DNA of 64,000 nt. It comes from Phoronis australis. Its lineage: Eukaryota; Animalia; Phoronida. Under the pieces are notes generated by a model. It saw only the letters and a list, made by a program, of their open reading frames with translations. It had not been told where the DNA came from and made no database searches. A program made the translations under genes and the position numbers. Shown here piece by piece: positions 48,801 to 59,900 of the stretch. The stretch's first letter is position 1. Each line of letters starts with the position of its first letter. The stretch covers positions 38,740 to 102,739 of the forward strand of contig NMRA01000802.1 of NCBI GenBank assembly GCA_002633005.1, in the 5' to 3' direction.

Positions 48801-51056
48801 AAAGTTGCAGTAACTCATTTTAGGTATCTAGTGCTGAACTCTAACAATAACTGTCATACCATAACCCAAGCAGAGAAACCACTTGTTATTTGATAAAGAA
48901 ACAAGTTGAGATAAGTTGCTTTGAAAGAAGGCGTGTTTCACAGGTTTAAAAATTTGTCTAACACCTGGTTTTGATGCTTATTTTAACATGGCAATACTAA
49001 CCTCTTTATAGAACAGATCAGAATTGTTTTGAACGTCATAGGCAAGCAAGTTGGTCTGAGTTCCCACCACCAGCACCTCATTAGTAGCAGCTGAAATCAA
49101 AGTAACACCACGGTCATAAACTGTCACTCCTGAAGCTATGGACAACAATGAAAAGATGAGTATAGTCAGAGAAAAAGTTAACCACAAGAGGTAGAAGTTT
49201 ACAACACCCTCAACAAGGGCTAGCTTTTCACTAATTTACACCTGGAAACTCAAAAATGAATGACCTGACTTTTTTAACATCAACTGACAGCAATTTGCGA
49301 AATGCAAAATTTGGATGTATTATGCCACATGACAGTCATATCATATTTGATTGTACATTAATGGTACGTGAGATCAGGACCAGCCAGCAAAATGCCAATG
49401 CATGGCATTTTCTTCCAAAAAATTAATTTGATATAGGAGCCGGTGCAGTAAAATCCAAAACTTTAATAATGTTTAAGTATTAAGTAAAATTTGAATATAA
49501 CATTCGGAAAAGTCATCGGTAAGGTAATAAAAAATTGTGTCAAGGGAATTTTTGCTAAGAACGAGCTTTTTTCTGTTTTGTTAAAATTACAAAAAAGATG
49601 GTTGAGTAACCAAATCAAAACCTGATTGGCATAAGCCACTTTGACATGAGAGACAGTTATCACCTTGTCAGTTGTAGCGGCGCGGCTTGCTCGACTGAAG
49701 TTGCATTTACACAACATTAGATCACAAACTGGATTGGCATGAGTCACTTACACTATGACTATTAGCGCATGCTTGCATACTAAACAATTATGTCGAAACC
49801 ACGTGGAATGCCAGCTGATCACCACTGACAATGCACGCTAATGCACAAACGCGTTGAAATGTGATCCTTTCCCACCCTGCCCCAGATTGTCTAATTGACA
49901 CTAGTAACTGATCGAGTGTAACTGGCTCTACCCAACAAATTAGTGTCAAAAACTAGCCGCCGCAGTGCCATTCGCTCCGTGTCAGTCGTTTTCACACACA
50001 CACTTGTACCATAGCAGTTGTTCCGCGTTAGCTGCGCCGGGTCAGCTGTCCCTCGTGCAAAAGTAGATTTAATGTCAACAATAAATTCTGCACACTTTTT
50101 ACTTTCAGAAATACAATGTAACAAAGTGGAATAATTTATTTTATATTTCTAATTTACAACTTTTTAGCTAAATGTGCTAACTTGCTGTTGTTCCAACACA
50201 GCAAATTTACTACATTTTATGGGATTTTTTGTGTTCGGATCTCCTTGCAGTAAAACATTAAATGAAAATTCTGCCAGTTTAAGGTTGAATACAATACTTG
50301 CACTAGATGACCTGGACTTTGGGTTCATACGTTGAAGCTAGACAGTAGTCATAATAGCAAACCTTGGAACTTTCAAAGTCAAGCCCTTCATTAGTTGCAA
50401 CAAACACAAGGCACTACCTGGAGACAGTACACCAGCACTTATGCTGCTGACGACTTGGTTAATGTTCAGTAGACTGATGTCAGAGTCGGTGGATGTCTGC
50501 ACTCTACCTCCACGTTGTGATCTTGTGTGAGGGTTGTGAATAAAGACCTGAAAGATGATAACAAGAACCTCCGAGTGAGAAATATTTTATCTCTCAGATG
50601 CATTTAAGCGTGTCTCAATACAAAATGATGTCACGTGTGAACATCAGCAAATACGCACTCCACAGTAAGCAACTTGAACTTAACTTATTATACACTTTAT
50701 GCTGTAACAGTTTTCTGAGACATTTTTGACAGCTAAAAAGATAAAAGTGAAATTATCCAGTTTATGTTAACCGCACACCATATTCTTAGGGTATTGACTG
50801 CTGAAACAATTCCCTTTAAATAACTGAACCTCAGTTACCCATCATGATTTGCACTAAGGCCAAAATAACTTGTTGAGGTACGGCAAATGCTAGACTTTTA
50901 AGATCATGAAAGCCACATATGTTAAATAAATTATCTTACTTTGCCAGCAGTTGTAGCACAGGTCAGACAGGGATGAGTTCCATCATACTTCCCAATAGTG
51001 ACCATGCGAGGGTTGATCTTCTGATTCAACTTCAGCGTGAAGATTGGCACAAGCAT
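30745..51056 (-). CDS. BBS2: Bardet-Biedl syndrome 2 protein (BBSome subunit); 22 coding exons, 720 aa
   Basis: Starts [31 protein letters not shown] and ends ...[15 protein letters not shown]. The 22 GT-AG exons sum to 2163 nt in one open frame using one copy of exon 20. Hallmark BBS2 segments include [49 protein letters not shown] and [14 protein letters not shown]. Confidence 0.97.
31649..31797 (-). CDS. BBS2: BBS2 coding exon 21
   Basis: [32 protein letters not shown]...QRAGRLR. Confidence 0.93.
33032..33144 (-). CDS. BBS2: BBS2 coding exon 20 (copy B, identical; probable allelic duplicate)
   Basis: Identical 113-nt exon inside the duplicated block 32359-33264, next to the N at 33265. 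Confidence 0.6.
33266..33843 (+). mobile_element. Right end of the CAGCACACATCACG-family DNA transposon (same family as 56975-62157)
   Basis: Colinear with ~61441-62157. Ends ...ggccaaaaattcgtgatgtgtgctg followed by TA. Confidence 0.88.
34517..34629 (-). CDS. BBS2: BBS2 coding exon 20 (copy A)
   Basis: [37 protein letters not shown]. Confidence 0.9.
35016..35153 (-). CDS. BBS2: BBS2 coding exon 19
   Basis: [16 protein letters not shown]...[16 protein letters not shown]. Confidence 0.93.
36344..36472 (-). CDS. BBS2: BBS2 coding exon 18
   Basis: [11 protein letters not shown]...FMSLRDG...INGQ. Confidence 0.92.
37075..37204 (-). CDS. BBS2: BBS2 coding exon 17
   Basis: [18 protein letters not shown]...INDRVQR. 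Confidence 0.93.
37458..39130 (-). mobile_element. Second, more diverged Helentron-type (HINE-like) element of the same family as 25945-27478
   Basis: acaagag..gcagagc..atgcacccac at one end; ...aagggttttggagatagagcagcgga..ggac..catccacataaaaatatgtg at the other. Same ~150-bp CCACTAG-bearing monomers. Confidence 0.78.
39238..39345 (-). CDS. BBS2: BBS2 coding exon 16
   Basis: [35 protein letters not shown]. Confidence 0.92.
39527..39639. repeat. 113-bp mini inverted-repeat element with central hairpin
   Basis: Perfect 15-bp IR cttgattgacttcac / gtgaagtcaatcaag; central tctgattggt-tctag-accaatcaga. Confidence 0.7.
39748..39811 (-). CDS. BBS2: BBS2 coding exon 15
   Basis: [21 protein letters not shown]. 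Confidence 0.92.
40880..40913 (-). CDS. BBS2: BBS2 coding exon 14 (34-nt micro-exon)
   Basis: cag|[11 protein letters not shown]+G|gtgagt. Confidence 0.85.
41707..41766 (-). CDS. BBS2: BBS2 coding exon 13
   Basis: [20 protein letters not shown]. Confidence 0.88.
42190..42297 (-). CDS. BBS2: BBS2 coding exon 12
   Basis: [14 protein letters not shown]...GQMGIIP. Confidence 0.92.
43330..43427 (-). CDS. BBS2: BBS2 coding exon 11
   Basis: [33 protein letters not shown]. Confidence 0.92.
43690..43990. mobile_element. Palindromic MITE-like element in BBS2 intron 10
   Basis: ~110-bp diverged arms: ttttgatttggaccacttactg...aagaattgacagtttgtt vs aacaaactgtcaattctt...cagtaagtggtccatatcaaaa. Confidence 0.65.
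44062..44119 (-). CDS. BBS2: BBS2 coding exon 10
   Basis: [19 protein letters not shown]. Confidence 0.92.
44935..45012 (-). CDS. BBS2: BBS2 coding exon 9
   Basis: [26 protein letters not shown]. Confidence 0.92.
45595..45681 (-). CDS. BBS2: BBS2 coding exon 8
   Basis: [29 protein letters not shown]. Confidence 0.93.
46181..46285 (-). CDS. BBS2: BBS2 coding exon 7
   Basis: [35 protein letters not shown]. Confidence 0.93.
46713..46790 (-). CDS. BBS2: BBS2 coding exon 6
   Basis: [26 protein letters not shown]. Confidence 0.93.
47290..47352 (-). other. Diverged tandem copy of BBS2 exon 5 (AG/GT intact, in frame); a third decayed copy at ~47224-47272
   Basis: tag|[21 protein letters not shown]|gtaagt, 63 nt, offset 84 bp from exon 5. 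Confidence 0.75.
47374..47436 (-). CDS. BBS2: BBS2 coding exon 5
   Basis: [21 protein letters not shown]. Confidence 0.9.
48346..48471 (-). CDS. BBS2: BBS2 coding exon 4
   Basis: [14 protein letters not shown]...[19 protein letters not shown]. Confidence 0.92.
49002..49090 (-). CDS. BBS2: BBS2 coding exon 3
   Basis: [29 protein letters not shown]. Confidence 0.9.
50418..50547 (-). CDS. BBS2: BBS2 coding exon 2
   Basis: VFIHNPH...[22 protein letters not shown]. Confidence 0.9.
50940..51056 (-). CDS. BBS2: BBS2 coding exon 1
   Basis: [10 protein letters not shown]...TCATTAGK|gt; an acceptor-like tttccttttgttgtag upstream of the ATG implies a 5' UTR intron. Confidence 0.93.
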
Positions 51057-52836
51057 GGCTTAGCTTGGTTCACGCCAAAAGCTACAACAAAAGGAAAGCA
51101 TTATGGAAGGGCACCTCATTAAATGTATTGTAAACCAAACAGCACAATAACGCGAACCTCTTTTCTATGTAGGGAATAAACAGTATCAAAATGTGCCATG
51201 AATACCATGCAAGTTGAAGTGTTGATTTTTTCAACTGAATATATGGCCCCATATTCACACCAACTTCTTCAAACTATCTGTTCTTGCATCAATCAACCAC
51301 CATCACTAATGTTCGACTTCTTAAAACCATGAAATAGAGCACCACCTATTGGAAACATTCTTTTTTCAGCAATTCTTCATTCAACTGTTCTTTTTCCACA
51401 ACATTGCGGACCTAGTACATAGCACATGTTTGGAATTGGTTTGAAAAGTCAAGTTTTTAGTAAGTTTAACATCACCAAATTGAATTTCTGAGCAAAAGTT
51501 TCTTCGGGGAAGCTGTAATCATCTCCCGAAAGATGTCACCTAAATTTTAACATATGGTACTAGCAAGTGTCACAAGCGTACTGCTTTCAAGTTGGCGTGA
51601 GACTTTTCTTTGGAACAAAAGCTACAATTACTCAGGAACATCAGACTGTTAGTTACTCAAAGCATGTAATGGACAAGGTGAGTGTTGAATGACTCCCAAG
51701 TTTTGCAAGCACCTCATTAGCTACACTATTTTACAACAAAGTGATGGGCAGAATTAACGGGGTGGTTTGAAATTCTAAGTATTGCAAATAGTTTTTGAAG
51801 AAAAACAACTTTCAATGAAACCCTGCAAGTTAGTGCATGCACATATAAACATTGCCAAATGTGTTTTTGGAAAGGTTCTTCGTGCAATGAGCATTGCCAT
51901 GCCTGATCCAAAGCTGTCATGTTTATGATTGCCGCGAATACACGCTATAGGACAAGTAAATTGGTCACAACTTCTGCAAAAAAATTTGCTGTAAAGCCAA
52001 AAGGTCAGGAGAAATTCGCATTTGAGCAATGAGATAAGTTAAGTGAGGGAGATAAGGGGTCCCATTCCGGGTTCCCAGGTTTTATTGCCCTTTTCCTTGA
52101 TTTCTGATGTCAAATTCCTTACAATCCCTTCCCACATCAATCTCAATTTATTCCCAAAACATGGTACTTTTCGCCTGCATTTCCCAGATCACGGTCACAA
52201 AAAGATCTGATAATGATTCCGGCCAAAAAATCCTTTCACACTTTTTAAGCGAAAACGAGGGCTTAAAAACAACATTGGAAACCTTAACATGGCAATGGGC
52301 ATGAAATTGGGACTAAGAAAAAGGATGACCTACGCAGAGTTGTGCAATGATGAGTTAAGCGAGGTCGCTTGTAAGTACACAAAGCCCAGTTAGCTACTGA
52401 CTAGTCTCAAGACTAATCAAATGCCCAAGCACTATAGCCAAGAGTAGTAAGCTGGTAATCACCTAAATAGTCCCACTGTCTTAAATGGCCACAACAGAGA
52501 CGGTGGCCATCACATAGGCCCTCAGTAGAATTAAGATAAAAGATATATTAATAAGTATATTCCACTAATATTCTACTACTAAACATAACATTCAAAATCC
52601 AAGAGAGTTCTATTTCGAGTGAATGTGATTGTTAACAATAGCGCCTATGTGACATCCTCCATATGCCGGAAGCATTTCAGCAAATCATGCTTCACGCTGA
52701 TTACAATTTTCAAAGTCAATTTGCCATAAAGTATCTTCTGCGCAAAAAAGGACACCTTAGAAAGCCGCTGATGTCTTCTATTCTTTCCAGCTCGAACAAA
52801 TAACAGTAAAGTTTGAAAAAGTCAGTCCTTCGTTAG

Positions 52837-52950
52837 GTTGCCCAAATCGGCAAATGGCCATTTTAACACTACCTCAGCTCTGGCCCGGATGTGATGTCAT
52901 GTGTATTAGCGCGATCAGTGTAAAAATGGCCACTTGCTGATTTGGGCAAC
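52837..52950. mobile_element. Mini inverted-repeat element
   Basis: 28-bp IR gttgcccaaatcggcaaatggccatttt / aaaatggccacttgctgatttgggcaac (2 mismatches). Confidence 0.6.
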
Positions 52951-53332
52951 TGAGGCAAAGGTTGTTTGCATGAGTTTTTGTTCTAGCTGTGAATAGTTAA
53001 AGACAACAACAACAATGACAAGGATTACAACAAGGACCTTAGTACCTAAACTAAATACATGTAGGTGTCCCTCTATAAGCAGAAGGTACTTTATACAGTA
53101 ACAGGACTTTGAGAATTTCATCAGTGTGAAGCATAATTCGCTGAAAAGCTTCCGACCTAGGGAGGGCCAATGAGATGGTCACTGTCTCTACTGCGGCCAG
53201 TTGAGACAGTGGTCACTGTCTAGGCCTAAGGTACTAAACGCATACAATGGACCCTGATTTAGAGAACCAACTTCACCCACTAAATAACATGGTCATTGCT
53301 CCGTGATTGTCTGGTTCTCTAAATCATGTGCT

Positions 53333-53767
53333 TGAACTTGGAATCCTGCTTAATCTCAAGATTAAGCGGAAGTGAGTGTTGCGTGAACTTGAAATTGAAT
53401 ACTTTTAAGGTTTAAACTTAAAGGTAAAATTTTTGTTCGGTGAAAAGAATTTTTGTAATTATTGTTCTCGCGATAAACCCATTTTCTCCTTTACCGTAAC
53501 TTGTGTCACTGAACCGGAGGAATATGCGAATGGCTAAATCGATTATTGTTTAATTGGTGAAACTGATCACCCGTCGTAGGCGTAGTTGAAAAGGTTGGTT
53601 AAATTTGACATTATTTTATTCAAATGTAACTTGATTTAGTGCAGTGCAAATTTTTATGAACATGAACGTGATTACTTGAGTGAACTTGTCAAGTTGCCTC
53701 GCGTATTCCAAGTTCACGCAACACTCACTTCCGCTTAATCTTGAGATTAAGCAGGATTCCAAGTTCA
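53333..53767. mobile_element. MITE-like element with ~58-bp perfect terminal inverted repeats
   Basis: tgaacttggaatcctgcttaatctcaagattaagcggaagtgagtgttgcgtgaacttg at the left is matched by its reverse complement at ~53709-53767. Confidence 0.8.
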
Positions 53768-53851
53768 CGTACAGCACTCAGCAGGGCTACGAGTTGCCAA
53801 GAATCAACCAAGCTTCAGAGCTTGTCAACTACTGTTGTGAAACGTGACAAT

Positions 53852-54416
53852 CGTCACGACAAGTACAGTCTGATAAAGCCTCTCTAAGCCGCTTGCCAAG
53901 TGGCCATTGCCTCTTGGCCGAATGGTTTAGACGCTTGACTGTCGCTCGTGCAACCCGGGTTCAAGTCCCGGTCATCACGAAATTTTCTACATGGGCGCCC
54001 AACTAAGGAAAAATCCACGACTAAACCCGAGATTAAGAGCGACAAATGGAGAGGATGCGACCTGGTACTGGTGGATTCAGAACACAAAAGAGAGCATTGC
54101 TGAGGTCGAATTCCAGAACGCTAGGGTGTTGCTGAGATCTAAAAGCCAGGGAGCGTGCCTGTTCCGCAGAAGGGGGAGTAGTGTTGTGAATCGTGACTTC
54201 CGGTTGTCACGACATGAACAGTCTGATAAAGCCTCTCTAAGCCGCTTGCCACGTGGCAATTGCCTCTTGGTTGAATGGTTCCGTTGCTTGACTGTCGCTC
54301 GTGCAACCCGAGTTCTAGGCAATGACCATCGCCTCCGTTGGCCCGAGTGCCAACAGAGGCGGTGGTCATTGCCTACCCGAGTTCAACAAGTCTCGGTCAT
54401 CACGAAATTTTCTACA
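53852..54416 (+). repeat. Two copies of a tRNA-derived repeat (~53852-53991 and ~54205-54416)
   Basis: A box TGGCCGAATGG (53915-53925) and B box GGTTCAAGTCC (53958-53968). Both copies share the flanks cagtctgataaagcctctctaagccgcttgcca and catcacgaaattttctac; the second copy has an interrupted B-box region. Confidence 0.65.
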
Positions 54417-55239
54417 CTATTATAACACTACTAATCACCGTCTTTTATTCTCAGGTAAGCACCCGTTGTAATCATTACAAAAGTACAATTACCAGAAAAG
54501 CAATGTTGCAAAATGTTCCTAGGCCAATCTTTACCAAACAACTTCGTCAACAGATTGATTTAGTCAGTCAGAATGGCATCTTGTTTGAAAAGTTTGACCC
54601 GCATCGCGTTTCCGTGCAAATATTTAGGTCAATACTAGGTCCGCACACAGCAAGAAAAACATTTTGTCCAAAAGAATTTAGACATTTTATGTATAGTATC
54701 ATTAAATTCAAAACTCATAACTTGAAAAATGTAATAAATAAATTAAAGTTTACCAAATTTCGACAAAAAAGTGAAAACGTTCCCATATTATTTCATTACA
54801 CAATATGATAATCGGATTGCTTTGAAAATGGCCGCTCATGACGTTGTGAACGCGCTCCGATGGGCCTGCTATCCAATTTTGCTTTAACAAAGTTGAGGTT
54901 ATGCCTTACATCAGTCGCTGGAATATGCAGAAAAATGTGGATTAGAAATTCAGTTCAACCAGCCATAACATCATGTATTAGGTGCCACTTTTACTGTTAT
55001 ACATCAACTGGTGTCGTTTCCTGAACAGCTGAATCAATGCTGGAGTCAGTGGAGTAGTTCTGAAAGTCTTGCCTTGCCGTTGGCTTTGCTTTGGTAGGAT
55101 ATAGCGCTCCCTGATTTAGAGAACGGGATACATTATTCGCTGGCTCTCTAAATCAGTGACTCCATCCTACCGGAAACCGCAATTTCTGTCTCTGAGTCTG
55201 ACAGCCTCAGCTCTGTCCCAGTACTTTTAATTTTCGTTT

Positions 55240-55278
55240 AGTTTGTTTTACTGTTGTTTAACAACAGTAAAACAAACT
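55240..55278. repeat. Perfect 39-bp palindrome (19-bp arms, 1-nt spacer)
   Basis: agtttgttttactgttgtt-t-aacaacagtaaaacaaact. Confidence 0.9.
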
Positions 55279-55450
55279 GTTATACTGTACTACTAGTTTT
55301 GTTACATCTGGCGAGCTGACAATGTATGACATACAACTTGTCTAAAGCCTGGTCTTCCCGTCTGTTAAATGAAAATTTCAATCAACTAGGATATAATTTA
55401 TTAGGCACAATCATTGGTAGTCTGCCGACGCTGCCCTCGTCCTCGATTAA

Positions 55451-56240
55451 AGGCTCGAGGGGGCTCAAGTGTAGCGTTAGCCAGCCAGCTAGCTGTACGA
55501 AGACTATCGTCAAAATACAGCTAGGCACCTTTGTGTTTTTTTCTTCCATAGACCCTGAAATTGCACACAACCAGGGTAGTTCTGCTCGTCATCTGGCTAT
55601 GAAACTTGATGCTTCAACATGTAAAGCTAAAGCCCGGACAGGTAGCATGCAAAATCTGGGAGTCAACCGACACTCACCTTGCCCGTTACAACCGTTTGAG
55701 TGAAAAACAATGCAACAAACGTCATCTTCTTGCATCATTCTCGATCTTTTGTAATGTTCAATGAAAAGTATGTTGTTGTATTGAAAACAGTACGCTCGTG
55801 TCGTGTGCATGCGCCGTTTCCTAAATTTTTGCGACAATTTCACAGTGCTCAGCAAAATTTGTTCTGAAATTTGGTTTTTCGGCATCAAAATTATAAAAAC
55901 TTGTAACTAAATGAAACCATTTCCGATAATTTGTTGTGACATCTACACAACCTCGTGGAAGAAGTACAGTTGATGGAAGAATCGGCGAAAACAGAAACTC
56001 GCCAATAGGTGACGCAATATTTCATGGTGCCGAAAGCCGTCACTAAAGATCGTTCCACAACTTTAGCAGCAGAATTATGGTAGAACGTCATTTTTTCGAA
56101 CACTGTTAAATAATTTACTTTACTCAAGGAAGACTGTTGTTTTCAATGACACTAATTTTGTTTCAGATTTTACCTTACCACTTTTTTACCGGCTTCGGTG
56201 CAAAGCTGTATATTTAGTATACATCTTTGCACCTAGACTA
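55451..56240 (+). mobile_element. Non-autonomous TTAA-AGG (Kolobok-like) repeat; diverged second copy at ~57880-58618
   Basis: Begins ttaa|aggctcgaggggg. Long colinear similarity to the second copy (agctag.tg.a.gaagactat..tcaaaatacagc; acgtcatcttcttgc; ggtgacgcaatatttcat; actttagcagcagaat). Confidence 0.5.
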
Positions 56241-56501
56241 GTGTAGCGTTGGAAATCCTTGTGGATAATTTGCCTACTAAAAGTTATCACCGAACATATA
56301 TTGAAAACCGGAAACCCAAGACGTTCAGACCTATCTGTTAATCAGCTGTCCCTTTTGATCCCTTGTGTTTAAGTCAAACTCAGTTTTTCTTGTCCTTTTT
56401 GTCACCACATTGTAACGTTGATAGTTATTTAGTGTAGACTGTGAACAACCTACCAGTATCATCTAAAGCATCAAATGTAATAAAAGCAGGTTTTGTTTCA
56501 G

Positions 56502-56602
56502 GTCCAAGAGAGCTTTGATATTGTGCCTGGTTGTGACAGTTGTCATCCTCTACCTGTTTTCATCCTACCTGAAGGGTGGAACTCCTAAATTTCTAAACAG
56601 AG
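56502..56602 (+). CDS. KIAA2013: Exon encoding an N-terminal transmembrane anchor of a probable KIAA2013-like protein
   Basis: tttcag|G SKRALILCLVVTVVILYLFSSYLKGGTPKFLNR G|gtaaag. This is the only open frame and is phase-compatible with the next exon. The start exon was not found. Confidence 0.55.
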
Positions 56603-56841
56603 GTAAAGTATGTTATTGTCTCAGCTTTGTTGATTAAAAGCTAATTGATGTTATTGTTAATGATATCAGTTAAATCTTTCTAGTGTGCCAACTGTAGCTT
56701 GGTTGTAACCAAACACTCTGATTGGGATTTCTTACAGTTTGGAGGTGGAGTTCCAGTAAACTGGACATATATCTGAAAGGATATGATAGCATACCTAAAG
56801 AACACTGTTTTTATTAATGATGAATTGTTTGACATTTTCAG

Positions 56842-56961
56842 GCCTTGCAAGATGCATGAAGGACAGGTTGTATTTGTTTGAGAACCAAATACAACAAAGT
56901 GATGCTCTCATCTCAAGACATCCTCCTGAAGACGGACATAGGTTCTATCTGCCATATGTAG
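56842..56961 (+). CDS. KIAA2013: Next exon of the probable KIAA2013-like protein
   Basis: tttcag|GLARCMKDRLYLFENQIQQSDALISRHPPEDGHRFYLPYVG|gtgagt. Resembles the remembered C..RL..F.......H.P......LPYVGNG segment after the TM helix of invertebrate KIAA2013. Further exons were not found in the window. Confidence 0.55.
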
Positions 56962-56974
56962 GTGAGTACAGATA

Positions 56975-59900
56975 CAGCACACATCACGAATTTTTGGCCG
57001 ACCGGTCGAAAATTGGTCGACGACCGGCCGTCGACCGGTCGTCTAGCCGACCAGCAGCCGACCAACAACGGTCGGCTAGGAGCCGTCTACTGAGTCGCCT
57101 CTGTGGTCGGCACTTGGGTCGGCTAAGTGGTCGCCTAGCGTAGACGACCAATTCGGATTAAGCGTGTCCTTGGTCTGCAATTACCATTTTATGACTTAAC
57201 GGGTGAACTTTGGCCAAACAAACATTTTACTGTTCGCTGTTCGTTCACCACTGGCAACTCAGGTCTTGACATCGGTTTATAAACTTTTGTTCAACTATTG
57301 AAAGGAAATAAAATCGAATCAACCTACAAATACGAAGTGCGTGACATTACACCAGCCTAAAACTTTATGTTGAATTAATGACGGCGTAGTAAAATCAAAC
57401 GTTAAGTGATATCGCGGAAGCATAATTTCTAAATTTAGATATGAGACTTTTTATACAGAACATTTTGCACAAAAACAAGCACGAAATTTGAAATTTACAG
57501 TAAAACTGCATAACAATCAGAATACAACACTCAATACACGACCTCAAGTGTTTTCATGCAGCGGAATGCTCAACAAGCATCACGCATTTGCGCTCATCCG
57601 TTATTGCTCTTGATGATCACTTCATCACGCTGTATATTGCGATTTACCACAGATAATTATTGCTTATTTCTGTATAATTTCTTAATATGTTGGTACAGCA
57701 ATAGAACCCAATTTTATTTTAGAAACAACATAAACAATGGTTTGAACATAGCGCCGATATTAAAGCATGGGCGCATGAAAACGGAAGACTGATCGGTTTA
57801 TAGTGTCATCCATCATCCATCATCATTCAGAAATTGTTGTCACTTTCGCAGTAAAACATCTTTTCGAAACTAGAGCCTTCCTATGTAGCCAGCTAGTTGC
57901 ATGAAGACTATTTTCAAAATACAGCAAGGTGCCACTGCTTATTGAGACCAAACAGACCTCGATACTTCACACAGCCCGGATAGTTACGTTTGTCACCTCG
58001 TCGAAAAGCTTGTATCAACATGAGCTCAAGACTGGCGGGTGTGCATGCAAAATCTGGAAGTCAATTGGCATTCAAGTTGCCCGTTACGGCCGTTTAAGTG
58101 AGAAACATCCGACGTCATCTTCTTGCGTAATTCTCTGCCTTTTTAACGAAAAAACGTATATCGTCGTTTTGAAAAAAGTTCATTGTGACACGCGCCACTT
58201 CCAAAATGTTTTCAACATCTCCCATTAGATGATGAACACATCTCAGCAAAATTTGTTCTAAAATTCGGTTCACTGATATCAAAATTCCAAAAACATATAA
58301 TGAAGTGAAACCAATTCTGATCATTTGTTGTGACGTTTACGTAACCTCGAGGGAGAACGTTTGATTGAAGAATCTGGGAAAAAGAAACTGGCTAAAAGGT
58401 GACGCAATATTTCATTGGGGCGAAAGTCGACGCATAAGATCACAACATAACTTTAGCAGCAGAATAATTGTAGAAAACCATTTTTTGCAACGCTGGTAAA
58501 TAATTTAGTTTACTCTAGGAAGATTTTATTCGGTCAGTTTTTACCCACAATGGCGCAAATTTGTATATTTAATTTAGTAAACAGCTTCGCACCAAGGCTA
58601 CAGCCTTCCGAGCCCTTTCGCGTAAGAACACAATACTTGGCGTTTCGCGTATACTCCAAGGGGTAAAACTTTGAAAATAATATTTTCGGGGTAACCTGGT
58701 ACATGTAATCCTAAAAAAAGTACTCTGTGTTTTAATGTAGAGCGTAAAATGATTAACCCATTGATTCAAAAAGAACACTCTCGCAAACGAAAACGCACAC
58801 AATTTTCAGCTATATTACACTGGTTAAAAACAACTTCTATAAGTTTATTGCATCGGATTCTAGTGATCACAGGGCAAGTCAAAACTCTTAAAGGGGCGCA
58901 ATTTCAAACCTTTGGCATGAATCAGTGATATAAAAATGGAAATACATGTAGACCGACTTTAGTTCATCAGCAATCTAGACACAACAGTTACAGACACTCA
59001 CTGCGTTTGTTAACGTCTTGTGGCAATGATAAAAATAATTTTTTCTACTATGATTGATAACAAGTTTTACTCTGATGAGGTATGGTGCAATATGCACGTC
59101 TGATATGCAGAGTCAGCAGTTGCAAAAATATTTACTGGGTTTAATGAGTCCGTTTGTTATGAACCACTGCAAAAGTATAATTACTAATTGTACATTCGAA
59201 GCACGTCTCATTAGAGTAAAAACATACACATGCTTGATGATCCTGGGAGTACCTCTTTTACAGGCATGAATGAAGATATATAGTTGTTAAGCCATAGAGG
59301 ATAATAGCGCTTAGATAATATCACACTGAGCCATGTACACCAGGCATATACAAAGGATACAGTATTTCAAGAGAAGCCTCAACTACTCATTTTTCTTAGT
59401 CATAACTACTCATTTTTCATAGTATTACTAAATCACGAACACCTAGATTTATATTAGAAGTTACATACATGTAGTACGATGCTACACATCCTGCTCTCTC
59501 CCCCATTTATGGGAGGCCTAATTTGAAACATTTAACGACATATCTTTTCTATGCATGATTAAAACCAAGCAAAACATGCAAACTCTCCAGGACCAAAAAT
59601 AAATATCTCAAAACCAGACATTTTTCTTAAGCAGGAATTAAAACAATCCAATACATTGAGATTGTTTTCACACAGAAGACCATAGGGCAAATAAAGACCA
59701 AATTCACCACGTCAAGACTGAAAATTTATCACATCAGCACCTATAATTTATCAAGTGAGGACCAAAAATTCTTCACTTCAGGATCAAAATAAAATACGAC
59801 CGAACTGAAAATTTAATAAGTCAGGTTCAAAAACTTACCATGTCAGTAACTTTCACGCCAGAACACCACGTCACCATCCCCAAGCATTGATCTTTCAAAG

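Noticed and set aside
52871-52900. Candidate non-coding first exon of BBS2 (GAG|GTAGTG with an ETS-like CCGGATGT)
   Set aside because: It lies inside a small inverted-repeat element and has no independent support.
53908-53979. Functional tRNA-Asp gene
   Set aside because: A and B boxes are present, but the acceptor and anticodon stems do not pair well and the sequence is part of a repeated unit.
53991-54808. 144-aa and 156-aa plus-strand ORFs
   Set aside because: They run through repeat units, with no domain resemblance or splice-signal support.
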